Assembly (NCBI GenBank): GCA_963820885.1
Contig: CAWGBQ010000003.1
Location: 15,684-79,683 of the forward strand
Direction of reading: 5' to 3'
DNA: 64,000 nucleotides
DNA from: an uncultured Gammaproteobacteria bacterium
GTDB taxonomy: Bacteria; Pseudomonadota; Gammaproteobacteria; Xanthomonadales; Rhodanobacteraceae
Shown here: piece by piece, positions 8,776 to 21,088 of the stretch
Layout of the letters: each line of letters begins with the position of its first letter
Position numbering within the stretch: position 1 is the stretch's first letter
Made by a program: the position numbers and the translations under genes
Notes under the pieces: model-generated
What the model saw: the letters and a program-made list of their open reading frames with translations, nothing else
Databases searched by the model: none
What the model was told of the DNA's origin: nothing

Positions 8776-11217
8776 ATGCTGTCGCTCCTTGCTCTGAACG
8801 TCCGCTACGCCGCACGCCAGCTCGCCGCACATCCGGGGTTTTCGTTGTTCGCAGCGTTTTCGCTCGCGATCGGAATCGCCGCGAGCATCACGCTGTTCAG
8901 CGCGGCCGACGCGCTGCTGTTCGCACCGCTGCGCGGCGTCGGCGCGCCGGATGATCTCGTCGAGCTGACCAGCGTATCGAAGACACGCAGCACCGATGCG
9001 TTCTCCGCGCCGGATTTCGAGGACTACGCGACGCGCGCGTCTGATTTCGCCGAAGTATTCGCCTATCGCCATCAATGGATGAACGTCGACGTCGCCGGCA
9101 AGCCCGAGCGCGCGTTCGGGCTCATCGTCAGCGGCAACTACTTCGATGCGCTCGAAGTCGGCGCCTATCGCGGACGGCTGCTCGGCAAGGACGACGATCG
9201 CGCGGGCGCGCCGCCCGTCGCCGTCGCCACGTATGCCGGCTGGCGCAAATACCTCAACGGCGATGACACCGCGATCGGCAGAACCGTATCGATCAACGGC
9301 CAGAGCTTCACGCTGGTCGGCGTCGCAGCACCCGACTTTCACGGCACGGTCGCCGTCCTGACGCCGGCGTTCTATGTATCGCTCGTACAGCAACCGCTGC
9401 TGCAGCCTGGCGCCGCGGATCTGCGCGAACGACGGAGCGCGACCTGGCTCTCGCTCGCAGCGCGGCTGCTGCCGGGCACGACGCGCGCGTCGGCGCGCGA
9501 GCGGCTTTCAACGATCGGCACGCAGCTGGCCACCGACAATCCGCGCAAGGGCAACGAGGGCGGCATCAAGATCACCGTCGAGCCGCTGCGCGGCGTGCCG
9601 GGCGAGGTGCGCGGCGGTCTCGTGGCCTTTTCGGCGCTGCTGTTCGTGCTGACCGCGTTGCTTCTGCTGGTCGCCTGCGTCAACGTCGCCTCGCTGTTGC
9701 TCGCACGCGGCGAAACGCGCCGCCACGAAATCGCGATGCGGTTCGTGCTCGGCGCCGGACGTGCGCGCGTGATGCTCCAGCTCATGACCGAAAGCGCGCT
9801 GCTGTCGCTCGTCGCCGGCGCGCTCGGCCTCGGCCTCAGTGCGGCAGCGTGTCGCGCACTGTCGCATGTCGATCCGCCCGTTCCGGTGCCGCTTTCGATC
9901 GACGTGCCGATCGACGCAGCCGCGCTCTGGTTCGCGCTCGCATGCACGATCGCGACGGCCCTCGCATTTGGCCTGGTGCCGGCATTGCGGGGCTCCTCGT
10001 ACGCACCGGCCACCGACGCGACGCTGTCCGGCGCGCGCGCGACGGGTGGTCGCTCGCGGCTCGGATCCGCGCTCGTCGTCGCGCAGATCGCGCTCACGAT
10101 GATCCTCCTCACCGGCGGCGGTCTTTTCATGCGCGCGATGCAACGCGCCGCCGCCATCGATCCCGGTTTCGACGCCAACGGCGTGCTCACCGCCGACTTC
10201 AATCTCGAACCTAGCGGCTACTCTGAAGCGCGGCGCCTCGCGCTGGAAAACTCGATCATCGAGCGCCTCGAGTCCGTGCCCGGCATCGATGCCGCCGCCG
10301 TGGCCGCACTGGTGCCGCTCGATTTCACGCGGATGCAGGAAGGCGATTTCCAGGTGCCCGGCCAATCGGGCGATGCCTTGAGCCCGTTCGTGAACCTCGT
10401 CTCGCCCGGCTACTTTCGCGCGCTCGACATCAAGCTCAGCGGTCGCGACTTCGACGGACACGATCTCAAAGGCGCCACAGAAGTCTGCGTCGTCAACGCG
10501 ACGCTCGCGCGCACGCTCGCGGCGGATGGCGACGTGATCGGGCGGAGCTTTGCATTCGGCGACGGCGACGACCATCACACGTTGACCGTCGTCGGCGTCG
10601 TTCCGGACGGCAAGTACGCCTCGCTGGACGAGACGACCGGACCCTTCATGTTCCTGCCGCTGGCGCAATGGCCGCGCGCGGAAATGGCGCTCATCGTGAA
10701 GACGCGCCTGCCGGCAAACACGCTCGCCACCGAGCTTCGCGAAGCGATGCACGCGACGGATCCGTCGCTGCCGCCGGCGCAGGTGCGCTCGCTCGCGGAC
10801 ATCCTCGCATTGTCGCTGCTGCCGCAGCGGATCGCCGCGCTGGCCTCGCTCGCGCTCGGCGCGATCGGACTCCTGCTGGCCGCCGTCGGCCTCTACGGCC
10901 TCATCGCGATGTATGTCACGGCGCGCACGCGCGAGTTCGGCGTGCGCCTCTCGCTCGGTGCGACGCCGGCGCGGATCCTGTCCGACGTCATCCGGCGCGG
11001 CGCCGTCTTGTCCGCGGCGGGCCTCGTCATCGGCACCATTCTTTCGCTCGCAGGCGGCACGCTGGTTTCGGGGCTCCTGTACGGCGCGACGGCGGGCGAT
11101 CCGCTCGTGTTCGTCGTGGCCGTTCTGCTGCTCGCCGTCGTTGCGCTGCTGGCGAGTTACCTGCCCGCGCGACTCGCGGCGCGCACCGCGCCGATGGTCG
11201 CATTGAGGCACGAGTAA
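8776..11217 (+). CDS. Duplicated MacB/FtsX-type (ADOP-like) ABC permease 1
   Basis: 813 aa, two periplasmic+FtsX halves; LLVACVNVA..LL, R.REFGVR.SLGA, C-terminal ALRHE. Confidence 0.92.
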   Translation: MLSLLALNVRYAARQLAAHPGFSLFAAFSLAIGIAASITLFSAADALLFAPLRGVGAPDDLVELTSVSKTRSTDAFSAPDFEDYATRASDFAEVFAYRHQWMNVDVAGKPERAFGLIVSGNYFDALEVGAYRGRLLGKDDDRAGAPPVAVATYAGWRKYLNGDDTAIGRTVSINGQSFTLVGVAAPDFHGTVAVLTPAFYVSLVQQPLLQPGAADLRERRSATWLSLAARLLPGTTRASARERLSTIGTQLATDNPRKGNEGGIKITVEPLRGVPGEVRGGLVAFSALLFVLTALLLLVACVNVASLLLARGETRRHEIAMRFVLGAGRARVMLQLMTESALLSLVAGALGLGLSAAACRALSHVDPPVPVPLSIDVPIDAAALWFALACTIATALAFGLVPALRGSSYAPATDATLSGARATGGRSRLGSALVVAQIALTMILLTGGGLFMRAMQRAAAIDPGFDANGVLTADFNLEPSGYSEARRLALENSIIERLESVPGIDAAAVAALVPLDFTRMQEGDFQVPGQSGDALSPFVNLVSPGYFRALDIKLSGRDFDGHDLKGATEVCVVNATLARTLAADGDVIGRSFAFGDGDDHHTLTVVGVVPDGKYASLDETTGPFMFLPLAQWPRAEMALIVKTRLPANTLATELREAMHATDPSLPPAQVRSLADILALSLLPQRIAALASLALGAIGLLLAAVGLYGLIAMYVTARTREFGVRLSLGATPARILSDVIRRGAVLSAAGLVIGTILSLAGGTLVSGLLYGATAGDPLVFVVAVLLLAVVALLASYLPARLAARTAPMVALRHE

Positions 11218-11257
11218 GCCGCATGAGCCACCCCAACCGATTGAAAGGCATCGCCTG

Positions 11258-13655
11258 ATGAATGTGCTCCGGGACCTCGGCTTCGCGGTGCGCAGCCTTC
11301 GCTCGCGCATCGGCACGGCGCTCTTCGCGACAGCGACGCTTGCGCTCGGCCTCGGCGCCGCGCTCGCGATCTACGCCGTCATCGATGCCGTATTGCTGCG
11401 CGACCTGCCGTACGCCGCCGCCGATCGCCTCGTCCAGCTTCGCGAGATCGCCGACGACGGCCACGGCATGAACTTCGCGTATCCGAACTACACCGACCTC
11501 GTCGCGAGCGTCGACGCGTTCGACGCAACCGCGTTCTACGCGAGTGGCGACGGGCCGGTCTCGAGCGGCGACAGCGCGAAGCGCGCGCTCGGCACGATCG
11601 TCGGCGGCGATTTCTTCCACGTGCTCGGCACCGCGCCCGCGCTCGGCCGCACGTTCGACAGGAACGAGCACGACCACGTCGCCGTGATCTCGCACACGCT
11701 GTGGCAAAGCCTGCTGCACGGCCGCGTCGACGTGCTCGGCCAGCAGATCGCCATCACCGGCGAAACCGCGACGATCATCGGCGTGATGCCGCCCGGCTTC
11801 GCGTTTCCCGAGAACAGCGCGGCGTGGATGCCGATGCTCGACGATCCCGGCACGTCGCGCAGCGCGCACAACTGGTCCGCGCTCGCGCGACTCAAGAGCA
11901 TCGACGATCTCGGCAGCGCGCGTCTCGCCGCGAACGCGCTCGCGACGCGGCTTCGCCAGCAGTTCGGCCGCGACACCGACGCCGCCGCATTCGGCATCAC
12001 GCCGCTCGCCGATGCGATCGCAGCGCCGGTCCGCAGTGCCTTGCTGCTGCTCGCCGCCGGCACTGCGTTTCTGCTGTTGATCGCCGTCACGAACGCGACG
12101 AATCTTCTGCTGACGCTGAATACCGCTCGCTCGCGCGAGCTCGCGGTCCGCGCCGCGCTCGGCGCAAGCCGAGCCAGCCTCGCGCGCCAGGTCTTCGCCG
12201 AGTGCGCGCTGATCGCCGGCATGGCGTGCGTGCTCGCCGCCGCAATCGCGACCGCCGCGATCCGGCTCCTCACCTACGGCGGCGGTACTCGCCTGCCGCG
12301 CGCTGATGAAATCACGATCGGCGCCGGCGGCATCCTCGCCGCGATCGTCGCGGCGCTCGCGATCGCGTGCGTCACAACCGCCGCCGTCCTATGGAGCCAG
12401 CGCCGACGCTCGACGATCGCCGAGCTCCGCGAAAGCGGTCGCGGCCAGTCGCCGGGTCGCACGCACCTGCGCATGCGCCTCGTGCTGCTGATCGGACAGA
12501 CCGCGCTGACGACCGTGCTGCTCGTCGGCGCCGGCCTGCTCGGCCGGAGCTTCCTCGCATTGCTCGCGATCGATCCCGGCTTCGACGCGAACAGCGCAAT
12601 GAGCATCCAGCTCTCGCGGCCGTGGACGCGCGATCCCGCCATCGCCGCCGCGACCGCGCAGCGTTACGAAACGCTGATCACATCGCTGCGCGCATTACCC
12701 GGCGTAACTGCAGTCGGCGGCGCCAATGCATTGCCGCTCAGCGACGACGGCGCCAACGGCGCGTTCTGGGACGGCAGCGTCACCGACATCTCGCACGCGC
12801 CGAAGCCGATCGGCTATGCCGAGTTCCGCGTCGCGAGCACCGACTACTTCAAGGCGGCCGGCATCAAGCTGCTTGCCGGCCGCGCGTTCGACGACACGCG
12901 ACCGCGCCGACGGCGAGCAGACCGCGATCGTCAGCGCCGCCGCCGCGCACGCGACTTGGGGCGACGCCGACCCGATCGGCAAGCGCATCCAGTACAGCAA
13001 CATGGACGGCGACGCGCACGTGCTGACGATCGTCGGCGTCGTCGGCGACGTGCGCGAGCATCATCTCGATCGCGCGCCGGCCGGCGCGGTCTACGTCAAC
13101 CTCGCGCAGCGCCCGATGACGGCGGCCGAGTTCAACCTCGTCGTCCGCTCGACGCTTCCGCTCGCGGCGCTCGCGCCGACACTGCGCGGCGTGCTCGATC
13201 GGCAGGCATCCGACATTCCGCATTCGCTCGCGCCGCTGACCGAAGTGCGCGCAGCCGCGCTCGCCGATCGCCGCGTTGCTCTGATGCTGCTCGGCGCGTT
13301 CGCCGCCGTTGCGTTCACGCTCGCGGTCGGCGGCCTTTACGGATTGATGGCATTCGCGGTCGGCCAGCGCGAGCACGAGTTCGCGCTGCGCCAGGCGCTC
13401 GGTGCGACACGCAAGCGCGTCGCGCGGCTCGTGCTCGGCAACGGCCTCGCGATCGGTGGCATCGGTGTCGCCGCGGGCCTCGCGCTTGCGCTGGCCGGCG
13501 CACGTGCGATCGGCGCGCAGCTCTACGGCGTCGCCGCCACCGATCCGCTGACGCTCGCCGGCGTAGCGATTCTGCTGCTCGGCACGATCCTGCTCGCCTG
13601 CCTCGTACCGGCGCGCAAGGCCTGCGCGGTCGCGCCACGCGACGCGCTCAACTGA
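11258..13655 (+). CDS. ADOP-like ABC permease 2 (apparent frameshift near 12900)
   Basis: Same two-half architecture; C-terminal portion in ORF 12726-13655. Confidence 0.9.
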
Positions 13656-13659
13656 GGAC

Positions 13660-16107
13660 ATGCGCATGATCGACGTCAGGCAAGCCGGAGCCGCGCTGCG
13701 CAACGAGACGAAGGCCGCGTTTCGCGCGGTCGCGAGTCAGCCCGGATTCTCGGCGCTCGTCATCGCCGTGCTCGGCGTCGGCCTCGCCTGCACGATCTTC
13801 ATGCTCGTCATGGTCAACGCGTTCGTGATCCGCCCGTTGCCGTTCCCAGCGCCGGATCAGCTACTCAATGCGGGCCTTGCAAACCCGCACATGGGCGGCG
13901 ACTCGCTCGACGATCTTGCCGGACGCGACGTCATCGAGCTCCGCCGCGCGCTCGACGGCAAGGCCGACATCGGCGGCTTCACGCAGTCGACGACTACGCT
14001 CAGCGACATGGACAAGCCCGAGCGCTACGACGGCGCGATCGTCACGGCGAATCTCTGGCGCGTGCTCGGCATCGCACCCGCACTTGGCCGCGATTTCACC
14101 GACGACGACGAGCGCGTCGGCGCGCCGGCCGTCGCCATGCTGTCGTGGGACGTCTGGCAGCAGCGCTACAACGGCGATCCCGCGATCATCGGCCGCACCG
14201 TGCGCGTCAACTCGGCGCCGGCGATCGTGGTCGGCGTCATGTCGCGCGGTTTCGCCTATCCGTACAAGGAAAAAGTCTGGCTGCCCGCGCAGCTCGACGC
14301 GACGAAGGCACCGGTCGAGGACGGCTACGTCACCGTGATCCGCCGCCACGCCGATACGAGCGAAGCCGCGGTCCGCGCGACCATCGACGCCTGGTTCGCC
14401 GAAGCATCGCGTCAGGCGCCTGATCGCCTGCGCGGCCTCTCGATCGGCGTACAACCGCTCAAGTATTTGACCGTCAGCCGCACGACGCGCGCCGTGCTCG
14501 GCATCATGCTCGCCGCCGTCGTGCTCGTGTTGCTCGTCGCGTGCGCGAACGCCGCGAACCTTCTGCTGACGCGCACGATCGGCCGTCGGCAAGAGCTCGC
14601 CGTTCGCGTCGCGCTCGGTGCGAGCCGCGCGCGGCTCGTCGTCCATCTGCTCGCGCAGAGCCTCCTGCTGAGCCTCATCGCGACCGCGATCGCGCTGCCG
14701 CTGGCGCTCGCGCTGGTCGCGTATCAGCAACGCTCGTTCCTCAGTGCCGAAAGCGGCCCGCCGCACTGGCTCCGCTTCGACGTCGACGCGAACGTGATCG
14801 CCATGGCCCTCGGCGCCGCGCTCGTGACTGCGCTCGCGACCGGCATCCTGCCCGCGCTGCGCGCTGCCGGCTCGGCACCGGCCGGCGCGTTGCGCGATGG
14901 CACGCGCAGTGTCGCCGGCGGCGCGTTCGCGCGCGTCAGCCGCGTGCTCGTCGTCGGCGAGATCGCGCTCTCGTGCCTGCTGCTGATCAGCGTCGGCACG
15001 ATGGTGCGCGGCGTCTCGGCGCTCGACCGGCTCGACCTCGGCATCGACACGAATCATCTGCTGACGGCGCGCGTCGCGCTGTTCACGAACAAATATCCGA
15101 CCGGCGCCGACCAGGTTCGCCTCTTCGACCGCGTGCTCGAACGCCTGCGCACCGATCACGATGTCGCCGCAGCGGGCGCCGGCACCGTGTTGCCCGCACG
15201 CATCAGCACGATGCGCGAAGTCGTCGCGAGTGGAACGACGCCCGCGAGCGATCATGCGGCGCCGCACGTGGAGTACGGTGCCGTCGACGACGGCTTCCTC
15301 GCCGCGTACGGCATCGCGTTGCAGGAAGGCCGTTTCTTCGACACGCGCGATACGCCCGACGGCGAGCGCGTCGCCGTCGTCGATCGCCGCTTCGCCGAGC
15401 GTTTCGGCGACGGCAGCTCCGTCGTCGGCAAGCGATTCAGGCTCGACCCGAGCGATCCGAAAGCGCCCACCGTCACCGTCGTCGGCGTGATGGGCACATT
15501 GACGCTGAACCAGCCGTCGGACACGCCGGATCCGTCGATGCTCGTGCCGCTCCGCCAGGATCCGGGCCGCATCGTCAGCCTCGCGATCCGCACGCGCGGC
15601 GACGCGAACGCATTCGCGCCGCGACTCGCTGAGATCATGCGCGAAGTCGACGCCGACACACCGCTCTATTGGGTGCGCGACTACCGCACGCTGATCCAAT
15701 CCGTCACCTACGGCGAGCGCGTCGTCGCGCAATGGTTCGGTGCCTTCGGCCTCGTTGCGCTGCTGCTCGCCGGCGCCGGACTCTACGGCGTGATGGCTTT
15801 CAGCGTCGGCCAGCGCATCCGCGAAATCGGCGTGCGCCGTGCGCTCGGCGCACCCGATGCACGCGTGCTGCGCAGCCTCTTCGCGCGCAGCGTCGTGCAG
15901 CTTTTCGTGGGGCTCGCGATTGGGCTCGCGCTCGGCATTCCCTTCACGAACGCGCTGACCGGCTGGCTGACCAGCATCGAGCGCGAGAACACCGGCGTCG
16001 TGCTCGCCGCGCTCGCGGTGCTTGTCGGCGCGGCATTGCTCGCGACGCTGATTCCGGCGCGGCGCGCGCTCCGCGTCGATCCGATGGTTGCTTTGCGGTA
16101 CGAATGA
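13660..16107 (+). CDS. ADOP-like ABC permease 3
   Basis: 815 aa intact; [29 protein letters not shown]. Confidence 0.92.
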   Translation: MRMIDVRQAGAALRNETKAAFRAVASQPGFSALVIAVLGVGLACTIFMLVMVNAFVIRPLPFPAPDQLLNAGLANPHMGGDSLDDLAGRDVIELRRALDGKADIGGFTQSTTTLSDMDKPERYDGAIVTANLWRVLGIAPALGRDFTDDDERVGAPAVAMLSWDVWQQRYNGDPAIIGRTVRVNSAPAIVVGVMSRGFAYPYKEKVWLPAQLDATKAPVEDGYVTVIRRHADTSEAAVRATIDAWFAEASRQAPDRLRGLSIGVQPLKYLTVSRTTRAVLGIMLAAVVLVLLVACANAANLLLTRTIGRRQELAVRVALGASRARLVVHLLAQSLLLSLIATAIALPLALALVAYQQRSFLSAESGPPHWLRFDVDANVIAMALGAALVTALATGILPALRAAGSAPAGALRDGTRSVAGGAFARVSRVLVVGEIALSCLLLISVGTMVRGVSALDRLDLGIDTNHLLTARVALFTNKYPTGADQVRLFDRVLERLRTDHDVAAAGAGTVLPARISTMREVVASGTTPASDHAAPHVEYGAVDDGFLAAYGIALQEGRFFDTRDTPDGERVAVVDRRFAERFGDGSSVVGKRFRLDPSDPKAPTVTVVGVMGTLTLNQPSDTPDPSMLVPLRQDPGRIVSLAIRTRGDANAFAPRLAEIMREVDADTPLYWVRDYRTLIQSVTYGERVVAQWFGAFGLVALLLAGAGLYGVMAFSVGQRIREIGVRRALGAPDARVLRSLFARSVVQLFVGLAIGLALGIPFTNALTGWLTSIERENTGVVLAALAVLVGAALLATLIPARRALRVDPMVALRYE

Positions 16108-16142
16108 TCGACGCGCGGGGACGCACGATCCAAGGAGGATCC

Positions 16143-18600
16143 ATGTTCGACAGTTTGTTCCAGGACCTGCGCTACGGCATCCGCTCACTGACCGCGCGCC
16201 CCGCATTCACGATCGCCGCATTGCTGACGCTCGCGCTTGCGATCGGCGCGAACACGCTCGTGTTCAGCCTGATCGACGGCATCTATCTCACGCCGCTGCC
16301 CTACCGCGACGACGCGACGCTCGTCGACGTCGAGAACCGCTACCCGAGCATGGGCCTCGACACGACCGGCGCATCGATCCCCGACTACCTCGACCGTCGC
16401 GCCGGCGTGCCGGCGATCGCCGAAAGCGCGCTCTATACGAACGACAACTTCAATCTCGCGATCGAAGGCGCGCCCGAGCGGGTTCACGGCATCCGCGCGA
16501 CGCCGACGCTGTTCGCGACGCTCGGCGTCGGCCCGAGCCTTGGCCGCGCGTTCAACGACGACGAAGCACAGACCGGCGCCGATCGCGTCGTCGTGCTCGG
16601 CGATACGATGTGGCGCAACCGTTACAACGCCGATCCAGGCATCGTGGGCCGCGATATCCGCCTGAACGGCGAAAGCTACAAGGTCCTCGGCGTCATGCCG
16701 CAGAGCTTCATGTTCCCGAATCGCGAGACCGCGCTCTACGTGCCGTTTGCGTTCACAGAGAAGCAGAAGTCCGACGACCAGCGCGGCTACGAGTTCTCGA
16801 CAAGCATCGCACGTCTCGCGCCCGGCGCGACGCTGGGTGACGTCAAGCAACAGGCCGACTTGATCATCCAGCGTAACCTCGATCGCATCGGCGCAGTCGG
16901 TGGCGGCGGCACGCGCTTCGCGGCGTTCATGAAGTCGGCCGGCTTCACGGTCAATGTGCGGCCGCTGCGCACACTGCTCGCGGGCGAGCACTCGCGCATG
17001 CTGTTCCTGCTGCAGCTCGCGGTCGGCCTCGTGTTGCTGATCGCCTGCGCGAACATCGCGAATCTGTTGCTGACGCGGCTGTCGGCACGCCAGAAAGAAC
17101 TCTCGGTGCGCACCGCGCTCGGCGCGAGTCGTGCGCGCGTCGCGCGCCAGTTGCTGATCGAAGCGGTGCTGCTCGCTGTCGCTGGCGCCGCGCTCGGCGT
17201 CGGCTTCGCCGCGATCGGCCAGCGGCTCGTCGGCATGTCGGGGCTGCTGCCCGACTGGGTTTCACTCGCGCTCGACATGCGCGTATTGATGTTCACGCTC
17301 GCCGTTGCGATCGGTGCCGGCCTTTTGTTCGGCCTCGCGCCGGTGCTGTCGACCGGCCTCGGCCAACCGCAGCAGGTACTGCGCGAGTCGGGCCGCCTCG
17401 GCGGTGGCGGACGTCATGCACGTGCCGTGCGCAGCACGCTGGTCGTCGTGCAGATCGCGCTCGCGGTTGCGCTGCTCGCGAGTGCGGGCCTGCTCGTGCG
17501 GAGCTTTGCGAAGGTCGTGCGCGAAAGTCCCGGTTTCGAAAGCAGCGGCGTGCTGACGGCTGCGATCGCGCTGCCGAAAGCGAAGTATGCCGACGATGCT
17601 TCGCGAGCCGCCGTCATGGCGCGCTTCCTCGACGCTGCCCGCAACCTACCCGGCGTCGTCGCTGCTGGCCTCGCCGACGCGCAGCCGATCTCGGACAACG
17701 ATGCGGGATCGAGCTATCGCATCGAGGGCGTCGATACCGATGCCGCGACACCGCACGCATTCACGCGAACGGCCGACGATGGCTATCTGAAGGCGATGGG
17801 CATCCCCCTGAAGCAAGGGCGCTGGTTCGAAGCGAGCGACTGGAGCAGCCCGAACAAGGTCGCCGTCATCGACGAGCTCTTCGCGAAGAAGCGCTTTCCG
17901 AATGGCGATGCAATCGGCAAGGTGCTCGATCTCGAGCGACCCGGCGTCTTCGACCACAGATTCACGATCGTCGGCGTCGTCGGCACGGTCAAGAACGGCG
18001 ATCTCGGCGAGGACGTCAAGCAGGAAACCTACTATCTCAACTACGGACAGATGCCGGCCGATACGGTCGCGCTGATCCTGCGCACGTCGGGTGCGCCGGC
18101 GGCGCTCTCGCAGCCGCTCCGCGAAGCGATCCACAACGTCGATCCGGATCAACCGCTGTTCGATCTGATGACGCTCGATCAGCGCGTGCAACTTTCGCTG
18201 ACCGGTCGGCGCGTACCGATGCAGCTGATCGGCGCGTTCGCGGCGCTCGCGCTGGTGCTCGCGGCGATCGGCATCTACGGCGTGCTCGCGTTTGCCGTCG
18301 CGCAGCGCACCGGCGAGTTCGGCGTGCGCATGGCGATCGGCGCGGACACGCGCGCGCATTCGCCGCCACGTGCTCGGCGACGGCGCGCGCTTGGTCGGCA
18401 TCGGGCTCGGCATCGGCGTCGTCGGCGCGATTGCGCTCGGCTTCGTGCTGCAGAGCCAGCTGTTCGGCGTCGGCGCTGTCGATCCTGTCAGCCTCGCGGC
18501 GGTCGTCGCGGTGCTCGCGCTGACGTCGTTGGTCGCGTGCTGGCTGCCGGCGCACCGCGCCGCACGGACAGCACCGCTCGAGGCGTTGCGTTACGAGTGA
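16143..18600 (+). CDS. ADOP-like ABC permease 4 (apparent frameshift near 18350)
   Basis: [40 protein letters not shown]. Confidence 0.9.
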
Positions 18601-18625
18601 TTCGTCTTTGCGGGAGGGTGGAACG

Positions 18626-21074
18626 ATGTTCGAGACAATGTTCCAGGACTTGCGCTACAGCCTGCGCACGCTGATCGCACGGCCGGGTTTCACAACGGCC
18701 GTGCTGCTGACGCTCGCGCTTGCGATCGGTGCGAACACGCTCGTGTTCAGCCTGATCGACGGCATTTACCTCAAGCCTTTGCCGTACCGCGACGACAAGG
18801 CGCTGATCGATCTCAGCAACGATTACGCCAAATCGGGGCCGATCCACGCCGGCGTTTCGATTCCGGACTATCTCGACCGGCGCGACGTCAAAGCACTCGC
18901 CGACAGCGCGCTCTATACCGACGCCAGCGTCAATCTCTCGATCGACGAGACGCCCGTGCGCCTGCACGCGCTCCGCGCGACGCCGTCGCTGTTCTCGACG
19001 CTCGGCGTCGGCGCCGCGATCGGCCGCACGTTCACGGACGACGAAGCCCTCGCAGGCCGCGACAAGGTCGTCGTGATCGGCAACGCGCTGTGGCGTAGCC
19101 GTTTCGCCAGCGATCCGTCCGCCGTCGGCCGCGACCTCATGCTCAACGGCGAAGCGTTCCGCGTCGTCGGTGTCATGCCGGCCGGCTTCATGTTTCCGGA
19201 TCGCGATACCGCGCTCTTCATACCTTTCGTCTTCACCGAAAAACAGAAGGCCGATAACGAGCGCGGCCACGAGTTCGCGAGCAGCGTTGCGCGCCTCGCG
19301 CCCGGTGCGACATACGCCGCAGTCAAGGCCGAGTGCGACGCGCTTATCGCACGCAACGCCGATCGCATCGGCGCGACCGGCGAGGACGGCGCTGGCTTCC
19401 GCACCTTCGTCAAGGCATCCGGTTTCACGGTCGGCATTCAGTCGCTCCGCGCGCAGCTCGCCGGCGACCACGCCGACGTGCTGTTCCTGCTGCAGGGCGC
19501 GGTCGGGCTCGTCCTGCTGATCGCATGCGCGAACATCGCGAACCTCCTGCTGACACGTCTTTCGTCGCGCCAGAAGGAGCTCTCGGTGCGCGTCGCGCTC
19601 GGCGCCGGACGCGCCCGCATCGCACGCCAGCTGCTGATCGAGGCGCTGCTGCTGGCGGCGATCGGCGGCGCGCTCGGCCTCCTCGTCGCATTCGGCGGCG
19701 CCGCGATCGTGCTCGGCTCCGGGCTGCTGCCGGACTGGATCGACGTCGCGCCCGATGCACGCACGCTCGGCTTCGCGCTCGCGCTGTCGTTCGCGACCGG
19801 CCTCTTCTTCGGCGTGATGCCGGCGCTTTCCGCGATCGCGTTCCGGCCGCAGCACGCGCTGCGCGAAGCGGGGCGCCTCAGCGGCGGCGGCCGCGGCGCG
19901 CGCCGCACGCGCAACGTGCTGGTCGTCGTGCAACTCGCGCTCGCGGTCGTGCTGCTCGCCTCGTCGGGCCTGCTCGTGCGGAGCTTCGCCAAGCTGATCC
20001 AGGAAAATCCCGGCTTTCGCTCCAGCGACGTGCTCACCGCTGCGATCTCGCTGCCGAGCAAGAAATATCCCGACCGCGACGCGTGGTCGCGCGCGTTCGG
20101 CCGCATCGTCGACGACGTGCGCAAGCTGCCCGGCGTCGAGGCGGTCGGCGTCGTCGATGGGCTGCCGTTCGCAGGCTACTCCGGCGCGAGCTTCCGCATC
20201 GCCGGCCGTCCGACCGAAGGTGACGTCCCGCACGGCCACGTGCTCAGCGTCGGCGACGGCTACTTCAAGGCGATGGGCATTCCGCTCAAGCGCGGCCGCG
20301 ACTTCTCGCGCGCCGATTGGGATACCGGCGCGAAAGTCGTCGTCATCGACGAGATGTTCGAGCGCAAGCACTTCCCGAACGGCGATGCGCTCGAGAGCCG
20401 GCTCGACATGGGCAACCCGAGCAAGCCCGATCTCTACACGATCATCGGCGTCGTCGGCACGACGAAGGACACCGACCTCGCCAACGAGCCGCGCGAGGAA
20501 ACGTATTATTTCGGATTTGCCGATTCGCAGACGCCGACCGCGCTGCTCGCCGTACGCACGTCGGTGCCGCCATCGACGCTGGTCGAACCGCTGCGCGCCG
20601 CCATCCTCGCGTTCGATCCGAACCTGCCGCTCTTCGACGTGCGCACGATGGCGCAGCGCATCGATGGGTCGCTGACTTCGCGTCGCGTGCCGTTGCAACT
20701 GATCGGGCTTTTTTCTGGCCTCGCGCTGCTGCTCGCGGCCGTCGGCATCTACGGCGTGCTCGCGTTCGCGGTCGCGCAACGCACCGGCGAGTTCGGCGTG
20801 CGCATGGCGATCGGCGCGAACGCCGCCGAGATCGAGCGTCAGGTGCTCGGCGATGGCGCGCGGCTCGTCGTCGCCGGCCTCGTGATCGGCGTTGCCGGTG
20901 CAATCGCGCTCGGGTTCGTGTTGCGAAGCCGTCTCTTCGGCATCGCAAGCGTCGACCTGCCGAGTCTCGCGGTCGTCACGCTCGTGCTCGACGGCGACCG
21001 CGATGGCCGCGTGCTGGCTGCCGGCGCGACGCGCCGCGCGCACGGCGCCGGTCGAAGCGCTGCGCTACGAGTGA
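18626..21074 (+). CDS. ADOP-like ABC permease 5 (apparent frameshift near 20990)
   Basis: [25 protein letters not shown]; ALRYE-stop at 21074 in alternative frame. Confidence 0.9.
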
Positions 21075-21088
21075 CGGAGGCGAAGACG